This document shows positions 1 to 11,119 of a stretch of DNA of 32,000 bases, one piece after another; within the stretch, counting starts at the first letter, position 1, and each line of letters begins with the position of its first letter. Below the pieces are notes generated by a model that made no database searches, was not told the origin of the DNA, and saw only the letters and a program-made list of their open reading frames with translations. A program made the position numbers and the translations under genes. Source of the DNA: Mycobacterium leprae TN (GTDB lineage: Bacteria > Actinomycetota > Actinomycetes > Mycobacteriales > Mycobacteriaceae); contig NC_002677.1 of assembly GCF_000195855.1 (NCBI RefSeq), positions 30,001-62,000 on the forward strand. The letters run 5' to 3'.

Positions 1-1031
1 GTTACGTGAACACCAAGTCTTCATGAAAATGCTGAATAAAATGACTCTACGTCGTGGGAATTCCCCTCTCCTAACCTATGATTGCCATAAAGCAACCGGA
101 TCAACGTTCATGGGGCCACTGTAATGGCTACAACGCTAGCGATCCATTTTAAATGCTCATACCGTGGATATTTCCTTTCACATTCGATTGAACACAATGC
201 GAAGTAAACAAAGTCCTGGAGAGAATCTCGATGGGGATCGAAAATGTAACGGCCGGGACAATTTTATTTTTGGCGGACTAACGTTTCAGCCATTAGACGA
301 TCCAACCACAACGTGTTGGCGTGGCTAGCTGTGCCCGACCAGTCAGACGGCATGAGAGCTCACAGAGGAAGCAGATGCTCCGCTCGGCGAATTCCTTCTC
401 GGTACGGATTCCCACATAGCGTAGGAAGGCCAGTTCACGTAGCTCTCGGCGATACCTGTTATCGGACGGCCTGGCGCAGTCTAAGGTGGTTCTGCCGGCT
501 CCAGCTTCGTCCCCCGATCCGCTCTCGGATTCGTCCAGGTTGTCCGGGCCACTGGCATCGGCAGTGCCAGTGGTGTCGGTCATTGACTGCCAGGGTCATC
601 TAACTGAATAGGTTTTGACACCGCCTGCAGAGGTTTCTGTGGCTACGTCCAGGCTGGTGGTCGGCAGTGGCTACCGCGAACGAACGTGCCTCCGGGAGGC
701 TGTCGTAACCTAACTGGTCGGCACGGACAGTTCCCCTGATGGAGTGGTTGAGCCCGCTTTCGCCCATGGCCGCGGTAGTCAATGAGCCAGGGTTCGTGGT
801 TACCGGGAACAGCGTTGGGGGCTAGAGTGCTGTGCCCGGGCAGTTCTGTAGCCTTGCCTAGCCACTAGCGATGTCTATTAGGTGTGGGCTGGAATGTCAT
901 AACCGCGAAGGTTGTAGGCAAAAGCTGCTACCTTTGAGCTGTCCATTCATTGGTGCCTCAAAAAGGATTATGACTAGGTTCCCCATCAGCTCCAGCACGT
1001 CCGGCGGTGTTACCAGCGGGTAGTACTTGTT

Positions 1032-1648
1032 TTACCAGCTCCTGAAGCGCGTTGGGCACCGCGGCCGACGCTTATGGAATACTTGCCACGATGTTCTGCG
1101 CGTTGCCGGCGGAGGTGCCCGAGGGCTTGGGTGACCGTGGTGGTTTCGCCCGCCTGGGTTGGTACTGGACGTCAGCGATGCAATCGACGGCGACGCGGTT
1201 GCATAGCTGGACATGGCGTCTGTGTTGTGGTTTCAAATCTTGGTTGCCGCTATCAACAGGGCTTTCTGGCTAAAGAAGTTCGTCGCTACCAAGCACCATC
1301 AGCAGGCTGCTGTCGGCTGCCACCATCGGTGGCAGCACTATTTTCGAGAACGTTACCTGTAAGCAGAGGCCGTTGGGATGGCCTGGTTGGCTGTCTGTTC
1401 GGTCAGTGCAGCGGTCATTCTCAGCCACGCCACTATACGGTGTGAGTGCGACAGCTATTGCCGCTGCTGTCGGGCCCAGCCAGGGGTCCAATGGTCAGTC
1501 CGCCAATTTGCCCGCCTGATACGAGCGCGCGGTCTATTGCGGTTCAGCGGCCAGCTCTTCCCAGGCCATCGGCCAATATTGGTCTCGTTCCAGAGATGGC
1601 ATACATCCCGGCGGAGTGGATATCCGGCGGTAGTGAGGTGAAATCCAT
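1032..1648 (-). pseudogene. PPE-family protein pseudogene; N-terminal PPE domain traceable through three frames, and the C-terminal part probably continues left of 1032
   Basis: From the ATG at 1648 (minus) the sequence reads MDFTSLPPDIHSAGMYAISGTRPILA and then hits a stop (tail of ORF 1544..1789). ORF 1270..1491 continues with WLGPTAAAIAVALTPY and VLPPMVAADSSLLMVLGS, matching PPE consensus W.GP..M..AA.PY and PP.IAANR..L. ORF 1032..1214 has MSSYATAS...TSSTNPGG, matching MYGYA....TTNPAG. Spacing of these motifs fits a PPE domain, with frameshifts between them. Confidence 0.8.
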
Positions 1649-1949
1649 CGCCCAGCCTCTCATCGGTGAGCCGGGCAGTCTATCCGCTGGCGGCGTGGGT
1701 GAAGGCAAACGGGACAACACTAACGTCGGAACCGCGATTCTGCGCGCTGAAATTTTGTTAGTGACACTGGTGGCTGAGTCGACGGCCAAAAATCCAGCTG
1801 TCCCTAGAGCGCATGTTAATCCAGGTTTAGACTCAGACGGTGACGCTCACCAAAGGACTTGTGTAAGAAGAACTGGGCTTTTGCAGGTGTACTGATATCG
1901 GTCAGCGCTCATGCTGACGAGTTGCTGGAAAGAGCGACGATGTGTTTTG

Positions 1950-3028
1950 GTAACCTGAGCTGGCTATCGCAACGATCCTGACTATATGGGTGCCCAGTCA
2001 TTTCCGGTAGCGCTGTGCCGGAACTACTAAGGAAATTCATTCGCTACGGCTGAAGTCGCACTCGTTCTTGGCTTTCTGCGGTGACTGAGTCGGTGATGTC
2101 GGCAAACTCTGGATGTTGCTCGATAACGTGGGTGACTATCTGCACCGCCTAGTTGGCGCACGGCTTGACCGTTTGATTGGCCACACCGGATGGACGAAGC
2201 CAGAAGCTACCATGATCAATAGTAGTTAGCCCAGAGCCGGCGATTGGGACGACCATGCCCGCCGCTAATATCCCTTACCATGGCTTAAGTGTCCTCGGCG
2301 GCAGATCGTGGGCAGGGATTAGCGCCATTCCAGAAAGGATCTGATACTCGTTGCAGCGAAGAACAGCAGCCCGCCGCTTAACCCGCCGACTGCGGGGTCT
2401 TCATGTGGTTGATCAGTAACAATATCAGCAGTGAATTGATGCTCACCACCATCCAGTGTGCGGCCAAGACAGATTTGATTGCAGCGACAGCTCGGCTACT
2501 CGTCATGGTCCGCGCCGTGTAGCCAGCATGGCACTATTTGTTCACATGGCACCGCGTGGGGTACGGCCTGCCGACAAGCTGGATTGGACGAACCGAGCCG
2601 GGCCGTTAGCGGGCAGCGCTGACCACAGCAGTGGCATCTCACTGGCCCTGACTTTCAGAAGAAGGATTCCGATCCTGTCGATGAGCGCCAGCCGTCTGAT
2701 GTTGGCGCCAACGAGCACCGGCCGGCGATCCCAACGGTTCATCAATACCCCGGCAAACGGCTCCGGCGGTGAGTTAGGGAATAAGTAATACCATGAAGAG
2801 AGCGCTCGCTGCTCTGTCTGGGTTGAACAGCAACGCTCTGGCCAGCCCCGCCTTCATTATTCCGTTATCACTCAATTGACTTGCCACGAGCATTTGCAGC
2901 AGTTGCCGGAAGTCTGGCAAGTGCCCATCGACTGTCACACGTCGATAGGTGCGCGCATCCGAGTTTGCATCACTAAATCCACTTTTTATGATCGAGGCTA
3001 GCCTCGATCTGCGCTGATTCCACAACAC
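1950..3028 (-). pseudogene. MFS (DHA3-like) transporter pseudogene, positional counterpart of M. tuberculosis Rv0037c
   Basis: ORF 2774..3028 (minus) has YRRV...LPDFRQLL...SQLSDNG then ...ALFMVLLIP. The next frame (ORF 2542..2745) has [19 protein letters not shown], the MFS loop motif D-R-x-D-R-R-p-v-L. Further 3' there are only broken hydrophobic frames. Its position beside the Rv0038 homologue matches M. tuberculosis synteny. The 3' boundary is uncertain. Confidence 0.65.
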
Positions 3029-3096
3029 TACAAAACAAATATTCGTCGGCCGTCCTCGTTTGCACTAGGTAATGTTGCGGATGGTGCGATGATGGT

Positions 3097-3705
3097 GTGG
3101 TGATCCGGCCTGAAGACCCCGAAGATTATGTTGCACCCGCCGCGCAGAGGGTGCGTGCAGGTACGTTGCTGTTAGCCAACACTGATCTTCTTGAACCGAC
3201 GTTTCGGCGTAGCGTGATCTACATAGTAGAGCATAACGAGGGCGGCACCTTGGGCGTGGTGCTCAACCGGCCAAGCGAGACCGCGGTCTATAACGTGTTA
3301 CCGCAATGGGCAAAACTGGCGGCCAAACCGAAAACGATGTTCATTGGGGGTCCGGTGAAGCGTGACGCAGCCCTGTGTCTAGCGGTGTTGCGGATCGGCG
3401 CTGATCCGGACGGTGTCGCGGGTTTACGGCATGTGGCGGGCCGGCTGGTGATGGTCGATCTGGATGCCGAACCGGATTTGATCGCACCGCTGGTGGATGG
3501 TTTACGGATCTTCGTGGGGTACTCGGGCTGGACCATTGGTCAGCTCAAAGGAGAAATTGAGCGTGACGACTGGATTGTGCTGTCGGCGTTGCCCTCTGAC
3601 GTCTTGGTTGGGAAGCGGGCTGATCTGTGGGCACAGGTTCTTCGCCGCCAACCGCTGTTGCTGTCGCTGCTTGCGACTCACCCGATCGACGTCAGTCGGA
3701 ACTAA
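3097..3705 (+). CDS. UPF0301 (YqgE/AlgH-family) protein, orthologue of M. tuberculosis Rv0038
   Basis: Uninterrupted 202-aa ORF with a GTG start. It is near-identical along its length to my recollection of Rv0038 (RVRAGTLLLANTDLLEPTFRRSVIYIVEHN...GYSGWTIGQL.GEIERDDWIVLSALPSDVL). Confidence 0.9.
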   Translation: MVIRPEDPEDYVAPAAQRVRAGTLLLANTDLLEPTFRRSVIYIVEHNEGGTLGVVLNRPSETAVYNVLPQWAKLAAKPKTMFIGGPVKRDAALCLAVLRIGADPDGVAGLRHVAGRLVMVDLDAEPDLIAPLVDGLRIFVGYSGWTIGQLKGEIERDDWIVLSALPSDVLVGKRADLWAQVLRRQPLLLSLLATHPIDVSRN

Positions 3706-3719
3706 AAGCTTCTCCTCCG

Positions 3720-4720
3720 ATGCGGACGGCATCGCACGACTACCTCGTATTGGTTTCGTCGACTGGGTTTCGTTCCAATCTGCTGGCGATCGACACGCAG
3801 GCCACCAGGTGAACCTGATGAAAAGTGATGGGCAGGCAACATGGTCAAGCTGATTGCGGCATCTAGGAAAAGCACCAGCGCCATCGAAAGACGGGGTGCC
3901 CAAACTCTTGGTTTGAATTACTGAACAGCAGGACAATCACGTCGCGTCGGTCGAGTTGAGCAAGTTGGCCGATGACCCCGGTGCAGACTAGCATCACCGC
4001 AAGCAACATGGTGTCGACAGCGATAACCAAGATTAACCGCTACGGATTGATGCTGACCCAGATTCTTTTAACCACGCCCATCGAGAAAGCCGTGTACACC
4101 ACCAGCAGGATGGAGTCGCAGTCGACCACCTTGAACAGGGGCTCATAGTGAACAACGGTCGCAGCGATCCAGGCCGCATCAGCTGGCAGGCTTCGAACGG
4201 CAGCAACAGCTGCAGCACAACATAGCGGATCGAAGCACCATCCAGGCGCGGTACGCCGCTGGTATTCATCAGCAGTACCACCAGCAGTGGGGTCACTACC
4301 ACGCCTAAGATGTTGGACAACGATGCGTTCATGATGGAGGCTGAGACGTGGCCTCGTGCGATCGAAGTAAACGCAATCGAAGACCGTACCGTTGACGGGA
4401 CCAGGAACAAAAACAGCACCTCGTTGTACAGGTCAATGGTCAACACCGAGGACATCAAGAATTGAATGGCCAACCCAAGAGCCAGGAAAACTACGAACGT
4501 CGCGTCAGCACCAACCAGGCCAGCCAGCACTGGCGGCCACTGTGCCAGTTCTGCTGCGGCGACACTCGGGTGCCGTAGAAGAATAAAGTATGACGATGGC
4601 CGCTTTCGTGACGAAAGGCATGGTGCCGGCTGCCTCACCGCGGGTCGGCAACAGATCAGTAAGTGCTGCGGTTGCGCCCACTGTCAGTAAAAATGGTGTC
4701 GACCTGGACCACCCTTAACT
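3720..4720 (-). pseudogene. Bile-acid:Na+ symporter-like (SBF-like / YfeH family) membrane transporter pseudogene
   Basis: ORF 4033..4638 contains VPSTVRSSIAFTSIARGHVSASIMNASLSNILGVVVTPLLVVLLMN...VVLQLLLPF, which aligns with E. coli YfeH LPATVQSAIAFTSMAGGNVAAAV..SASSLLGIFLSPLLVGLVMN...MLQLLLPF. The ORF tail is out-of-frame junk. Another frame continues with SILLVVYTAFS and ...DVIVLLFSNSNQEFG (YfeH: TSILLVVYTAFS, EITIVFCGSKKSLANG) down to ~3750. At least two frameshifts are present. Confidence 0.7.
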
Positions 4721-4749
4721 GCTTTAACACGACGGTCACAGCAGGCAGT

Positions 4750-5091
4750 TTAACGGCAGGATAGAATGCAGCCGGCGCAGTTCTTGCCGCAACTGGTCGC
4801 TGTTGCCCGCCGGCGTAATGTATATCGCGCGCTTTGCCACGAGCCGGCAGCCAGGGTGCCGACGGCACCTGTGACACAAACGGCCACCACTATCAGGGCG
4901 GTGTGTGCAACCGCGACCAGGGCCACCACACCACCGGCGGCTAGCATTATCGCGGCGGCCAACTGCGGCGGCGCCATGGCACGCATCGCTAGCTGCGTGG
5001 GGTCGACGGTCTGGTTGTGGATGAGTGCCCAGGTTCCGAACACGGCGGATATCACCGCCGCACACACGCACAGTGTGCCCGCGATCAACAT
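4750..5091 (-). CDS. Small conserved integral membrane protein, positional counterpart of Rv0039c
   Basis: Intact 113-aa ORF with three hydrophobic stretches (AGTLCVCAAVISAVFGTWAL; AAAIMLAAGGVVALVAVA; IVVAVCVTGAVGTLAAG). Size and position between the Rv0038 and Rv0040c homologues fit Rv0039c (115 aa). Function is unknown. Confidence 0.6.
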   Translation of the reverse strand: MLIAGTLCVCAAVISAVFGTWALIHNQTVDPTQLAMRAMAPPQLAAAIMLAAGGVVALVAVAHTALIVVAVCVTGAVGTLAAGSWQSARYTLRRRATATSCGKNCAGCILSCR

Positions 5092-5286
5092 GTGTCAACA
5101 ATACGAGTCCGCCAGTGAGTTCGCCTTACCTAGCCTCCCAGTCGGCTACCCGGAGTCGGTGTGGTCGCCAACTCAGTGCGACAGGGTTGGTACTAGGTTC
5201 GGTAGCGGCGACAGTCCGGGTACCAATGACAGCAGGCTGGGTGTATGTGGGTTGGCCTGGCTGCATTCCAAGGCAAGGGCACCAGC

Positions 5287-6123
5287 CTAACGGGTGCCAA
5301 GCTGGGGAGGTACTGGGGCGGACACCGTGGGTGAGGACACCCGGAAGCCGTTAACGATGGCGTTGGTGGCCGGTGCATCGGCGACCGCTTGCGACAGAGC
5401 AGTGGTCACAGACAGCGAAACTAAATATTTGTCAGGCCCAGAGCTGGCGATGACGTGGCGCCGTGAGGTATTTAGCGTCATACCGTTTTCACGGTATGTA
5501 CCTTCGATGATTGATGATGGAAAACCGTCGAAATCCGCTTTGGAAGCGTTGGTGGTCTGCCACGCCGACAGTTGCTGAGTGTCGACGAAGCCGTGCGTGA
5601 TGGCCTCCTTGGGATCGAAGTTGCCAACCAAGTTGTACACCACTAACTGTGCGTTTGAGGTGTAGAGGCTATTGCCCAGCCGGTCGGCGATTACCGCGAA
5701 TGCGTCGGGCACGTTCGGGTCCGGAACCTGAGTCCAGCGGGTGGGCACTGGCAAAGTGATGTCGAGCGCCTTGAAGCCATGCGGCTTTTGCGCCACCAAC
5801 TTGATGTTTTTTGCCTTGAAGTAGTCGTGCAGCGATTCAGAGACTGGGGCAGCCACCGCTAGCGGTGGCTGCCCCAGGGCGGCCGGTCCGGGCGCCTGCG
5901 GGGTCGCGACGAACCTGTTGTTGGTGGTGATCCCCCCGGGAACGGCTGTGACGCTCTGTATGGGTGGCAGTGATGCCGGCGGGAGAACACCGGGAATAGC
6001 CGGTGGGGGTGCTGGCGGCGAAGGATCAGCTGCGGCGGTGCCGCCAGCGAAGACAGTGACACCCATTGCGGTGGCAGCCAGACCTCCTGCGAGCACACGC
6101 CACGTTTGTGTGGACTGAATCAT
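5287..6123 (-). CDS. mtc28: Secreted proline-rich 28-kDa antigen Mtc28 homologue (Rv0040c orthologue)
   Basis: The ORF track gives 5287..6165. The likely true start is the ATG at 6123 ([34 protein letters not shown], a signal peptide), preceded by the GGAAGGA Shine-Dalgarno on the minus strand at ~6131-6141. The C-terminal two thirds closely match Mtc28 ([45 protein letters not shown]...[47 protein letters not shown]). Confidence 0.88.
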   Translation of the reverse strand: MIQSTQTWRVLAGGLAATAMGVTVFAGGTAAADPSPPAPPPAIPGVLPPASLPPIQSVTAVPGGITTNNRFVATPQAPGPAALGQPPLAVAAPVSESLHDYFKAKNIKLVAQKPHGFKALDITLPVPTRWTQVPDPNVPDAFAVIADRLGNSLYTSNAQLVVYNLVGNFDPKEAITHGFVDTQQLSAWQTTNASKADFDGFPSSIIEGTYRENGMTLNTSRRHVIASSGPDKYLVSLSVTTALSQAVADAPATNAIVNGFRVSSPTVSAPVPPQLGTR

Positions 6124-6320
6124 TTGCGTTGGTCCTTCCCCATCACCGCACCACACGGGTACCACCTGCCTGCTGTTCGTGGCTGACAGTAACTAGTGGT
6201 CAGGCAACGTGAACAGGCTAGAAATAGAGCTGGGATGAAGCCCTGATCGGTGCGCAACGGAACTGATACCAACCTGTGGCCACTCAGGCCCGTAAAGTGG
6301 AGCCCTTATACCCTGTTCAC

Positions 6321-9239
6321 GTGACTGAACTGCCGACCACTGTCCCTGGGTACAACTCGGCTGTTGCCCAGACGGACTCCGATGCGATGCGATACCGCTA
6401 TACCGCGGAGCTAGCAGGCCGTATCGAAAGCACCTGGCAAGACAACTGGGCGCGGCTGCAGACCTTCAACGTGCCCAACCCGGTTGGGTCGCTAGCCCCG
6501 CCGGACGGATCGGTAGTTCCCGCCGACAAGTTGTTCGTACAGGACATGTTTCCCTATCCATCGGGTGACGGATTGCATGTTGGACATCCACTAGGTTACA
6601 TCGCCACCGACGTCTACGCTCGATACTTCCGTATGACCGGTCATAACGTGCTGCACGCGATGGGGTTCGATGCTTTCGGGCTGCCCGCCGAACAGTACGC
6701 GATGCAAACCGGAACCCACCCACGCATTCTAACTGAGGCTAACGTTGTCAACTTTCGGCACCAGCTGGGCCGGTTGGGTCTTGGCCACGACAGCCGACGC
6801 ACCTTCTCGACCACCGATGTCGAGTTCTACAAGTGGACCCAGTGGATTTTCCTGCAGATCTACAACGCTTGGTTCGACGTAGCAGCTAACAAGGCGCGCC
6901 CGATCGCAGAATTGATTGCCGAATTCGATTCCGGTGAGCGCCGCCTTGTTGACGGCCGTGACTGGGCCACGTTGTCGGCCGGGGAGCGGGCCGACGTGAT
7001 CGACAACTGTCGACTGGTCTACCGGGCGGACTCGATGGTCAACTGGTGTCCGGGTCTGGGCACGGTACTGGCCAACGAAGAGGTCACCGCCGACGGTCGC
7101 AGCGACCGCGGCAACTTCCCGGTATTCCGGAAACGTTTGAGGCAATGGATGATGCGGATCACCGCCTACGCTGACCGGTTGCTGGACGACCTTGACCTGC
7201 TGGACTGGCCGGAGCAAGTCAAAACTATGCAGCGCAACTGGATCGGCCGTTCCAGCGGAGCGACCGTGCTGTTCTCAGCGATCCTAAGCCGCAGCGATGC
7301 CGCGACAACCGAAGTCGACGTCGAGGTGTTCACCACCCGGCCGGACACCATGTTTGGCGTCACCTATCTGGTGCTGGCACCCGAGCACAACCTGGTCGAC
7401 GAACTGGTTGCCACCGTCTGGCCGGACAGGACGGACCCCCGGTGGACGTATGGTGCCGCCACGCCAGGTGCAGCTGTCGCAGCCTACCGCCGTGCAATCG
7501 TTGCCAAGTCGGACCTCGATCGCCAAGAGAGCAAGGAGAAGACCGGCGTCTTCTTGGGTAGGTACGCCACCAACCCAGCCACCGGAAAACCGGTGCCGAT
7601 TTTCGTTGCCGACTATGTACTGGTCGGCTATGGTACCGGTGCGGTCATGGCGGTTCCCGGCCATGACCCGCGTGACTGGGACTTCGCCCATAAGTTCCAT
7701 TTGCCGATCGTCGAAGTTATTGCTGGAAGCGATATTTCAGAGGCCGCCTATGTGGGCGATGGTGTGTTGGTGAACTCCGGTTACCTCGACGGTATGGACG
7801 TGGCAACAGCCCAAGAGGCCATTACCGCCCGCTTGGAGTCCGAAGGTCGAGGACATGCTCGCATCGAATTCAAGCTAAGAGACTGGCTTTTCGCTCGGCA
7901 GCGGTATTGGGGTGAGCCGTTCCCAATAATCTATGATAGTGACGGACGACCGCATGCGCTAGACGAGGCCGCACTGCCGGTTGAGCTTCCCGACGTACCG
8001 TACTACTCTCCGGTGTTATTCGATCCTGATGATGCTGACAGCGAGCCATCACCTCCGCTGGCCAAGGCGACCGAGTGGGTGCACGTAGAGTTGGATCTGG
8101 GCGACGGTTTGAAGCCTTACAGCCGCGACACCAATGTCATGCCACAGTGGGCGGGCAGCTCTTGGTACGAACTGCGTTACACCGATCCACACAACTCAGA
8201 GCGGCTCTGTGCCAAGGAAAACGAGGCCTATTGGATGGGTCCACGGCCGACTGAACACGGCATCGACGATCCCGGCGGCGTTGATTTGTACGTCGGCGGA
8301 GCCGAACATGCGGTGCTACATCTGTTGTATGCGAGGTTTTGGCACAAAGTTCTATACGATCTGGGCCACGTCAGCTCTCGAGAACCCTACCGTAGGCTGA
8401 TCAACCAGGGCTACATCCAGGCTTTCGCTTACACTGATGCTCACGGTTCATATGTGCCGGCGAACCAGGTATTCCAACGCGGCGACGGGTTCTTCTGTCC
8501 GGGACCCGACGGCGAGATCGAAGTCTTCCAAGAGTTTGGGAAAATCGGTAAAAGCTTGAAGAATTCGGTATCACCTGACGAAATCTGCGATGAATACGGT
8601 GCAGACACGTTGCGTGTGTATGAAATGTCAATGGGGCCGTTGGAGGCGTCCCGACCGTGGGCCACGAAGGACGTCGTTGGCGCATATCGTTTCCTTCAGC
8701 GGGTGTGGCGACTGGTGGTAGATGAACGCACTGGTGAAACCCGGGTGGTGGACACAGCAGGGGAGTTAGATACTTACACGTTGCGAACATTGCACCGCAC
8801 CATCGCAGGAGTGTCCCAAGACTATGCTGCACTGCGCAATAACACCGCAACGGCGAAGCTGATCGAGTACACCAACCATCTCACCAAAGAACACCGTGGC
8901 TCGGTGCCCCGGGTCGCTGTCGAGCCTCTTGTGTTGATGTTGGCGCCGCTAGCCCCACATCTGGCAGAAGAGCTGTGGCTGCGGCTGGGCCACACCACCT
9001 CTTTGGCGAACGGCCCTTTTCCCCAGGCCGATCCCGCCTACCTTGTTGACGATACCGTTGAATACCCGGTGCAGGTGAACGGCAAGATTCGGGGTCGGAT
9101 AGTGGTTGCCGCCGACGCGGACTACGACACCCTGAAAACTGTTGCGTTGGCTGACGATAAAGTACAGCAGTTTTTGGCCGGTGCTACACCGCGCAAAGTG
9201 ATTGTGGTCGCGGGCCGGCTGATCAGTTTAGTCATTTAA
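6321..9239 (+). CDS. leuS: Leucyl-tRNA synthetase
   Basis: Long uninterrupted ORF with class I aaRS signatures: HVGHPLGY (HIGH motif) near the N-terminus and KIGKSLKNS (KMSKS variant). It aligns end to end with mycobacterial LeuS. The ORF opens at GTG 6276, but homology starts at the in-frame GTG 6321 ([13 protein letters not shown]...), which gives 972 aa. The start is ambiguous between 6276 and 6321. Confidence 0.97.
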   Translation: MTELPTTVPGYNSAVAQTDSDAMRYRYTAELAGRIESTWQDNWARLQTFNVPNPVGSLAPPDGSVVPADKLFVQDMFPYPSGDGLHVGHPLGYIATDVYARYFRMTGHNVLHAMGFDAFGLPAEQYAMQTGTHPRILTEANVVNFRHQLGRLGLGHDSRRTFSTTDVEFYKWTQWIFLQIYNAWFDVAANKARPIAELIAEFDSGERRLVDGRDWATLSAGERADVIDNCRLVYRADSMVNWCPGLGTVLANEEVTADGRSDRGNFPVFRKRLRQWMMRITAYADRLLDDLDLLDWPEQVKTMQRNWIGRSSGATVLFSAILSRSDAATTEVDVEVFTTRPDTMFGVTYLVLAPEHNLVDELVATVWPDRTDPRWTYGAATPGAAVAAYRRAIVAKSDLDRQESKEKTGVFLGRYATNPATGKPVPIFVADYVLVGYGTGAVMAVPGHDPRDWDFAHKFHLPIVEVIAGSDISEAAYVGDGVLVNSGYLDGMDVATAQEAITARLESEGRGHARIEFKLRDWLFARQRYWGEPFPIIYDSDGRPHALDEAALPVELPDVPYYSPVLFDPDDADSEPSPPLAKATEWVHVELDLGDGLKPYSRDTNVMPQWAGSSWYELRYTDPHNSERLCAKENEAYWMGPRPTEHGIDDPGGVDLYVGGAEHAVLHLLYARFWHKVLYDLGHVSSREPYRRLINQGYIQAFAYTDAHGSYVPANQVFQRGDGFFCPGPDGEIEVFQEFGKIGKSLKNSVSPDEICDEYGADTLRVYEMSMGPLEASRPWATKDVVGAYRFLQRVWRLVVDERTGETRVVDTAGELDTYTLRTLHRTIAGVSQDYAALRNNTATAKLIEYTNHLTKEHRGSVPRVAVEPLVLMLAPLAPHLAEELWLRLGHTTSLANGPFPQADPAYLVDDTVEYPVQVNGKIRGRIVVAADADYDTLKTVALADDKVQQFLAGATPRKVIVVAGRLISLVI

Positions 9240-9244
9240 AGTTG

Positions 9245-10010
9245 GTGTCCGGGCCGCAACACACCCTCCTGCAGGTTGCTGTCGTGTTTGTGTCTGTGGC
9301 GGTGAGTTGTTCGGTTGGTTTCATAGGTGGTGGGTGAAATGGCTGTTTTTGCGTTTTATGACTGGCCGATATGTTCGGTAGTCGTGGGGGGCAGCCCGGA
9401 ATCCTGTTGACGTGTTTTGCTGTGTTGCGGGGTTTTTGTTGGTGGGTGGCTGACTGCCTGCTTTCGATGAGGCTTCGTGTGCTTTGCCGCAGTGGACACG
9501 ATTAGCGCGGCGCACGTAAGCATGTCGGTGGTGGGTGCTGCTTGGTCTACATGTTGATGATGCCAGGGGCTGGGCACCTGGGCTGTGCTGAAGGCGATAT
9601 CGATGCAGGCGTGGGTGTGAGGGTAGTTGTTAGCGCCGCGGGGTAGGGGCGTTTTAGTGTGCATGTCATGGCCTTGAGGTGTCGGCGTGGTCAATGTGGC
9701 CGCACCTGAACAGGCACGTCCCCGTGCACGGTATAACTATTCGCACCTGATGTTATCCCTTGCACCATTTCTGCCGCTGGTATCGGTGTCGGCGGCTTGT
9801 TGACCGGCCCTCAGCCAGCAAGCAGGCATGCCGCCGGGTGCAGCAGTATCGTGTTAGTGAACAGTGCATCGATGATCCGGCCGTCGGCGGCACATACGGC
9901 AACCTTCTAGCGCAGATCAACCACCCACACCCCACCAGCCCACCACAACACCACCACCACGGAAAATTTCTTCACCTATGACGGATCGCAGGTATGTGCG
10001 GTAGCCGTGG
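9245..10010 (+). repeat. RLEP: RLEP, the M. leprae-specific dispersed repetitive element; core certain, both ends approximate
   Basis: Exact matches to RLEP assay oligos as I remember them. TGCATGTCATGGCCTTGAGG is at 9660-9679 and the reverse complement of CACCGATACCAGCGGCAGAA is at 9769-9788, giving the classical 129-bp amplicon. GCACGTAAGCATGTCGGTGG is at 9513-9532. The qPCR set GCAGTATCGTGTTAGTGAA (9843-9861), probe TCGATGATCCGGCCGTCGGCG (9869-9889) and the reverse complement of CGCTAGAAGGTTGCCGTATG (9893-9912) are also present. The element begins within a few bases of the leuS stop codon. Confidence 0.93.
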
Positions 10011-10411
10011 ACCGGGGTGGAAGGTGCGCTGGTTCGGATTCGATGGTATCACCGCACACCGGTGATTTGTTGGTCGACTTTCGACGGTTTTGACGTTCAA
10101 GGCTATGTCAATACCTGGTTGCTCGGTACCGACGGTAATGGTGTGGCGGACCGGGTTGTTTGTGCTGGTTTGTGATGGGAAAATGGCATAAACGGGTACA
10201 CCGGCGGCGACAGCGTCGTCGACAGCACCAGCGATATATAATATAATATGTAGCTGGCAAGATTACGGGATATTGTTCAACTGGTCGACAGGACGTTAAT
10301 TCCGGTGGCGACTAGACAACCTGTTCGGATCCGGTGCATCCCGCGGAAGCGGTGAAGTGATAGCTAACCACTATTGTTTTAGATTTACCTAACATCTAAT
10401 CCTGAGGGCTG

Positions 10412-10763
10412 ATGAAAATCGAGAAATTTATGTCAGACGGTGGTACACATGGCAGTGTAATCGGAGTTTATACTGCCTTCTCAGCAATACATCGACTCTG
10501 TTCTGCAAATCACTACCGCAATCGAAAATGAATACCTGAGTAGCTACGAAAACACCAGTTGACGTCGTATCGTTGAGCGGTAAAGTAGGGACAATTTGTC
10601 TTGTAGCAGCGGGTCAAATTGAACACAGTCTTCAGCAAATCTCTCCGGAGTTCAAAGGTTAGTTTACGACCTTGGCCAGACAGTGTTGTTCATGGAACAG
10701 TATGAAGGTGAAGTGGCGTGCGGTATCATTAGTCTCTTTGACTCGGAAACTCAAGAGATCTAG
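10412..10763 (+). pseudogene. esxD: esxD-like WXG100 (ESX-2 Esx pair, Rv3891c counterpart) pseudogene
   Basis: Fragments in shifting frames: ...IDSVLQITTAIENEYLSSYENTS (compare ...ANMEQAMGIAKGYLANQENVM) and GVQRLVYDLGQTVLFMEQYEGEVACGIISLF (compare GGTRLAEGLVQAAALMEGHEADSQTAFQALF). It lies immediately upstream of the esxC remnant, as in M. tuberculosis. There are multiple stops and frameshifts. Confidence 0.65.
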
Positions 10764-10824
10764 CATAGGTCATTACAAACATCCTCAACGTTGTAGATAA
10801 ATTTTCACGTAAAGAATTACGGAC

Positions 10825-11119
10825 ATGACCGATCAGATCACTTATAACTACGTCACCGTCGGCGCTTTCTTTTCTGATATCGGTAGCGGGTAGCTCAATA
10901 TGATGGAAATCCATCAAGAAATTCTGCAGCAGACCTAAGCCGTGGTTTATGTTTTAGTGCAAGGGTTCATTGACCTTCTTTTATGCACAGTGGCAGATAG
11001 TGCACGGATTCGAAAGCCTTATCGAGACGATTAATTCAGCATAGCCAGGTCGTGTGAACAACACGATAGATAGTATGCAAATTGCCGATGCTGATATCGC
11101 ACAGGACTTTATGGTATAA
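10825..11119 (+). pseudogene. esxC: esxC-like WXG100 (ESX-2, Rv3890c counterpart) pseudogene
   Basis: The ATG at 10825 opens MTDQITYNYVTVGAFFSDIGSG then a stop (EsxC: MSDQITYNPGAVSDFASDVGSRAG). The end reads IADADIAQDFMV then a stop at 11117-11119 (EsxC: IGTDQAIAGLF stop). The total length of 295 nt is not a multiple of 3, and there are internal stops. Confidence 0.8.

Noticed and set aside
293-583. 96-aa ORF on the minus strand (MTDTTGTADASGPDNLDESESGSGDE...RYRRELRELAFLRYVGIRTEKEFAERS...)
   Set aside because: I could see no recognisable family or convincing Shine-Dalgarno, and a same-sized ORF occupies the opposite strand. It could be a gene fragment, but I cannot support a call.
4033-4638. 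201-aa ORF that could be taken for an intact gene
   Set aside because: Only its central ~110 residues match the YfeH/SBF-like family. Both ends are out-of-frame read-through, and the rest of the homology continues in other frames, so I called it part of a pseudogene.
6466-8850. Multiple 60-160-aa ORFs antisense to or out of frame with leuS (for example 6729..7217, 7284..7700, 7297..7773 and 8401..8850)
   Set aside because: These are typical shadow ORFs of a GC-rich gene. They are Arg/Pro/Gly-rich with no family resemblance, and they lie entirely inside a gene whose own frame is conserved end to end.
9321-9981. ORFs inside RLEP (9356..9694, 112 aa, minus strand; 9760..9981, plus strand)
   Set aside because: They lie within a non-coding dispersed repeat that, by established knowledge, encodes no transposase. 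The peptides are His/Pro/Thr-rich and low in complexity.
10236-10252. Short AT/TA microsatellite-like runs (atatataatataatat at ~10236; (TA)4-5 at ~24209-24219; tgtatatgtata at ~16768)
   Set aside because: They are too short and impure to call as VNTR loci, and I cannot match them to named M. leprae typing loci from memory.
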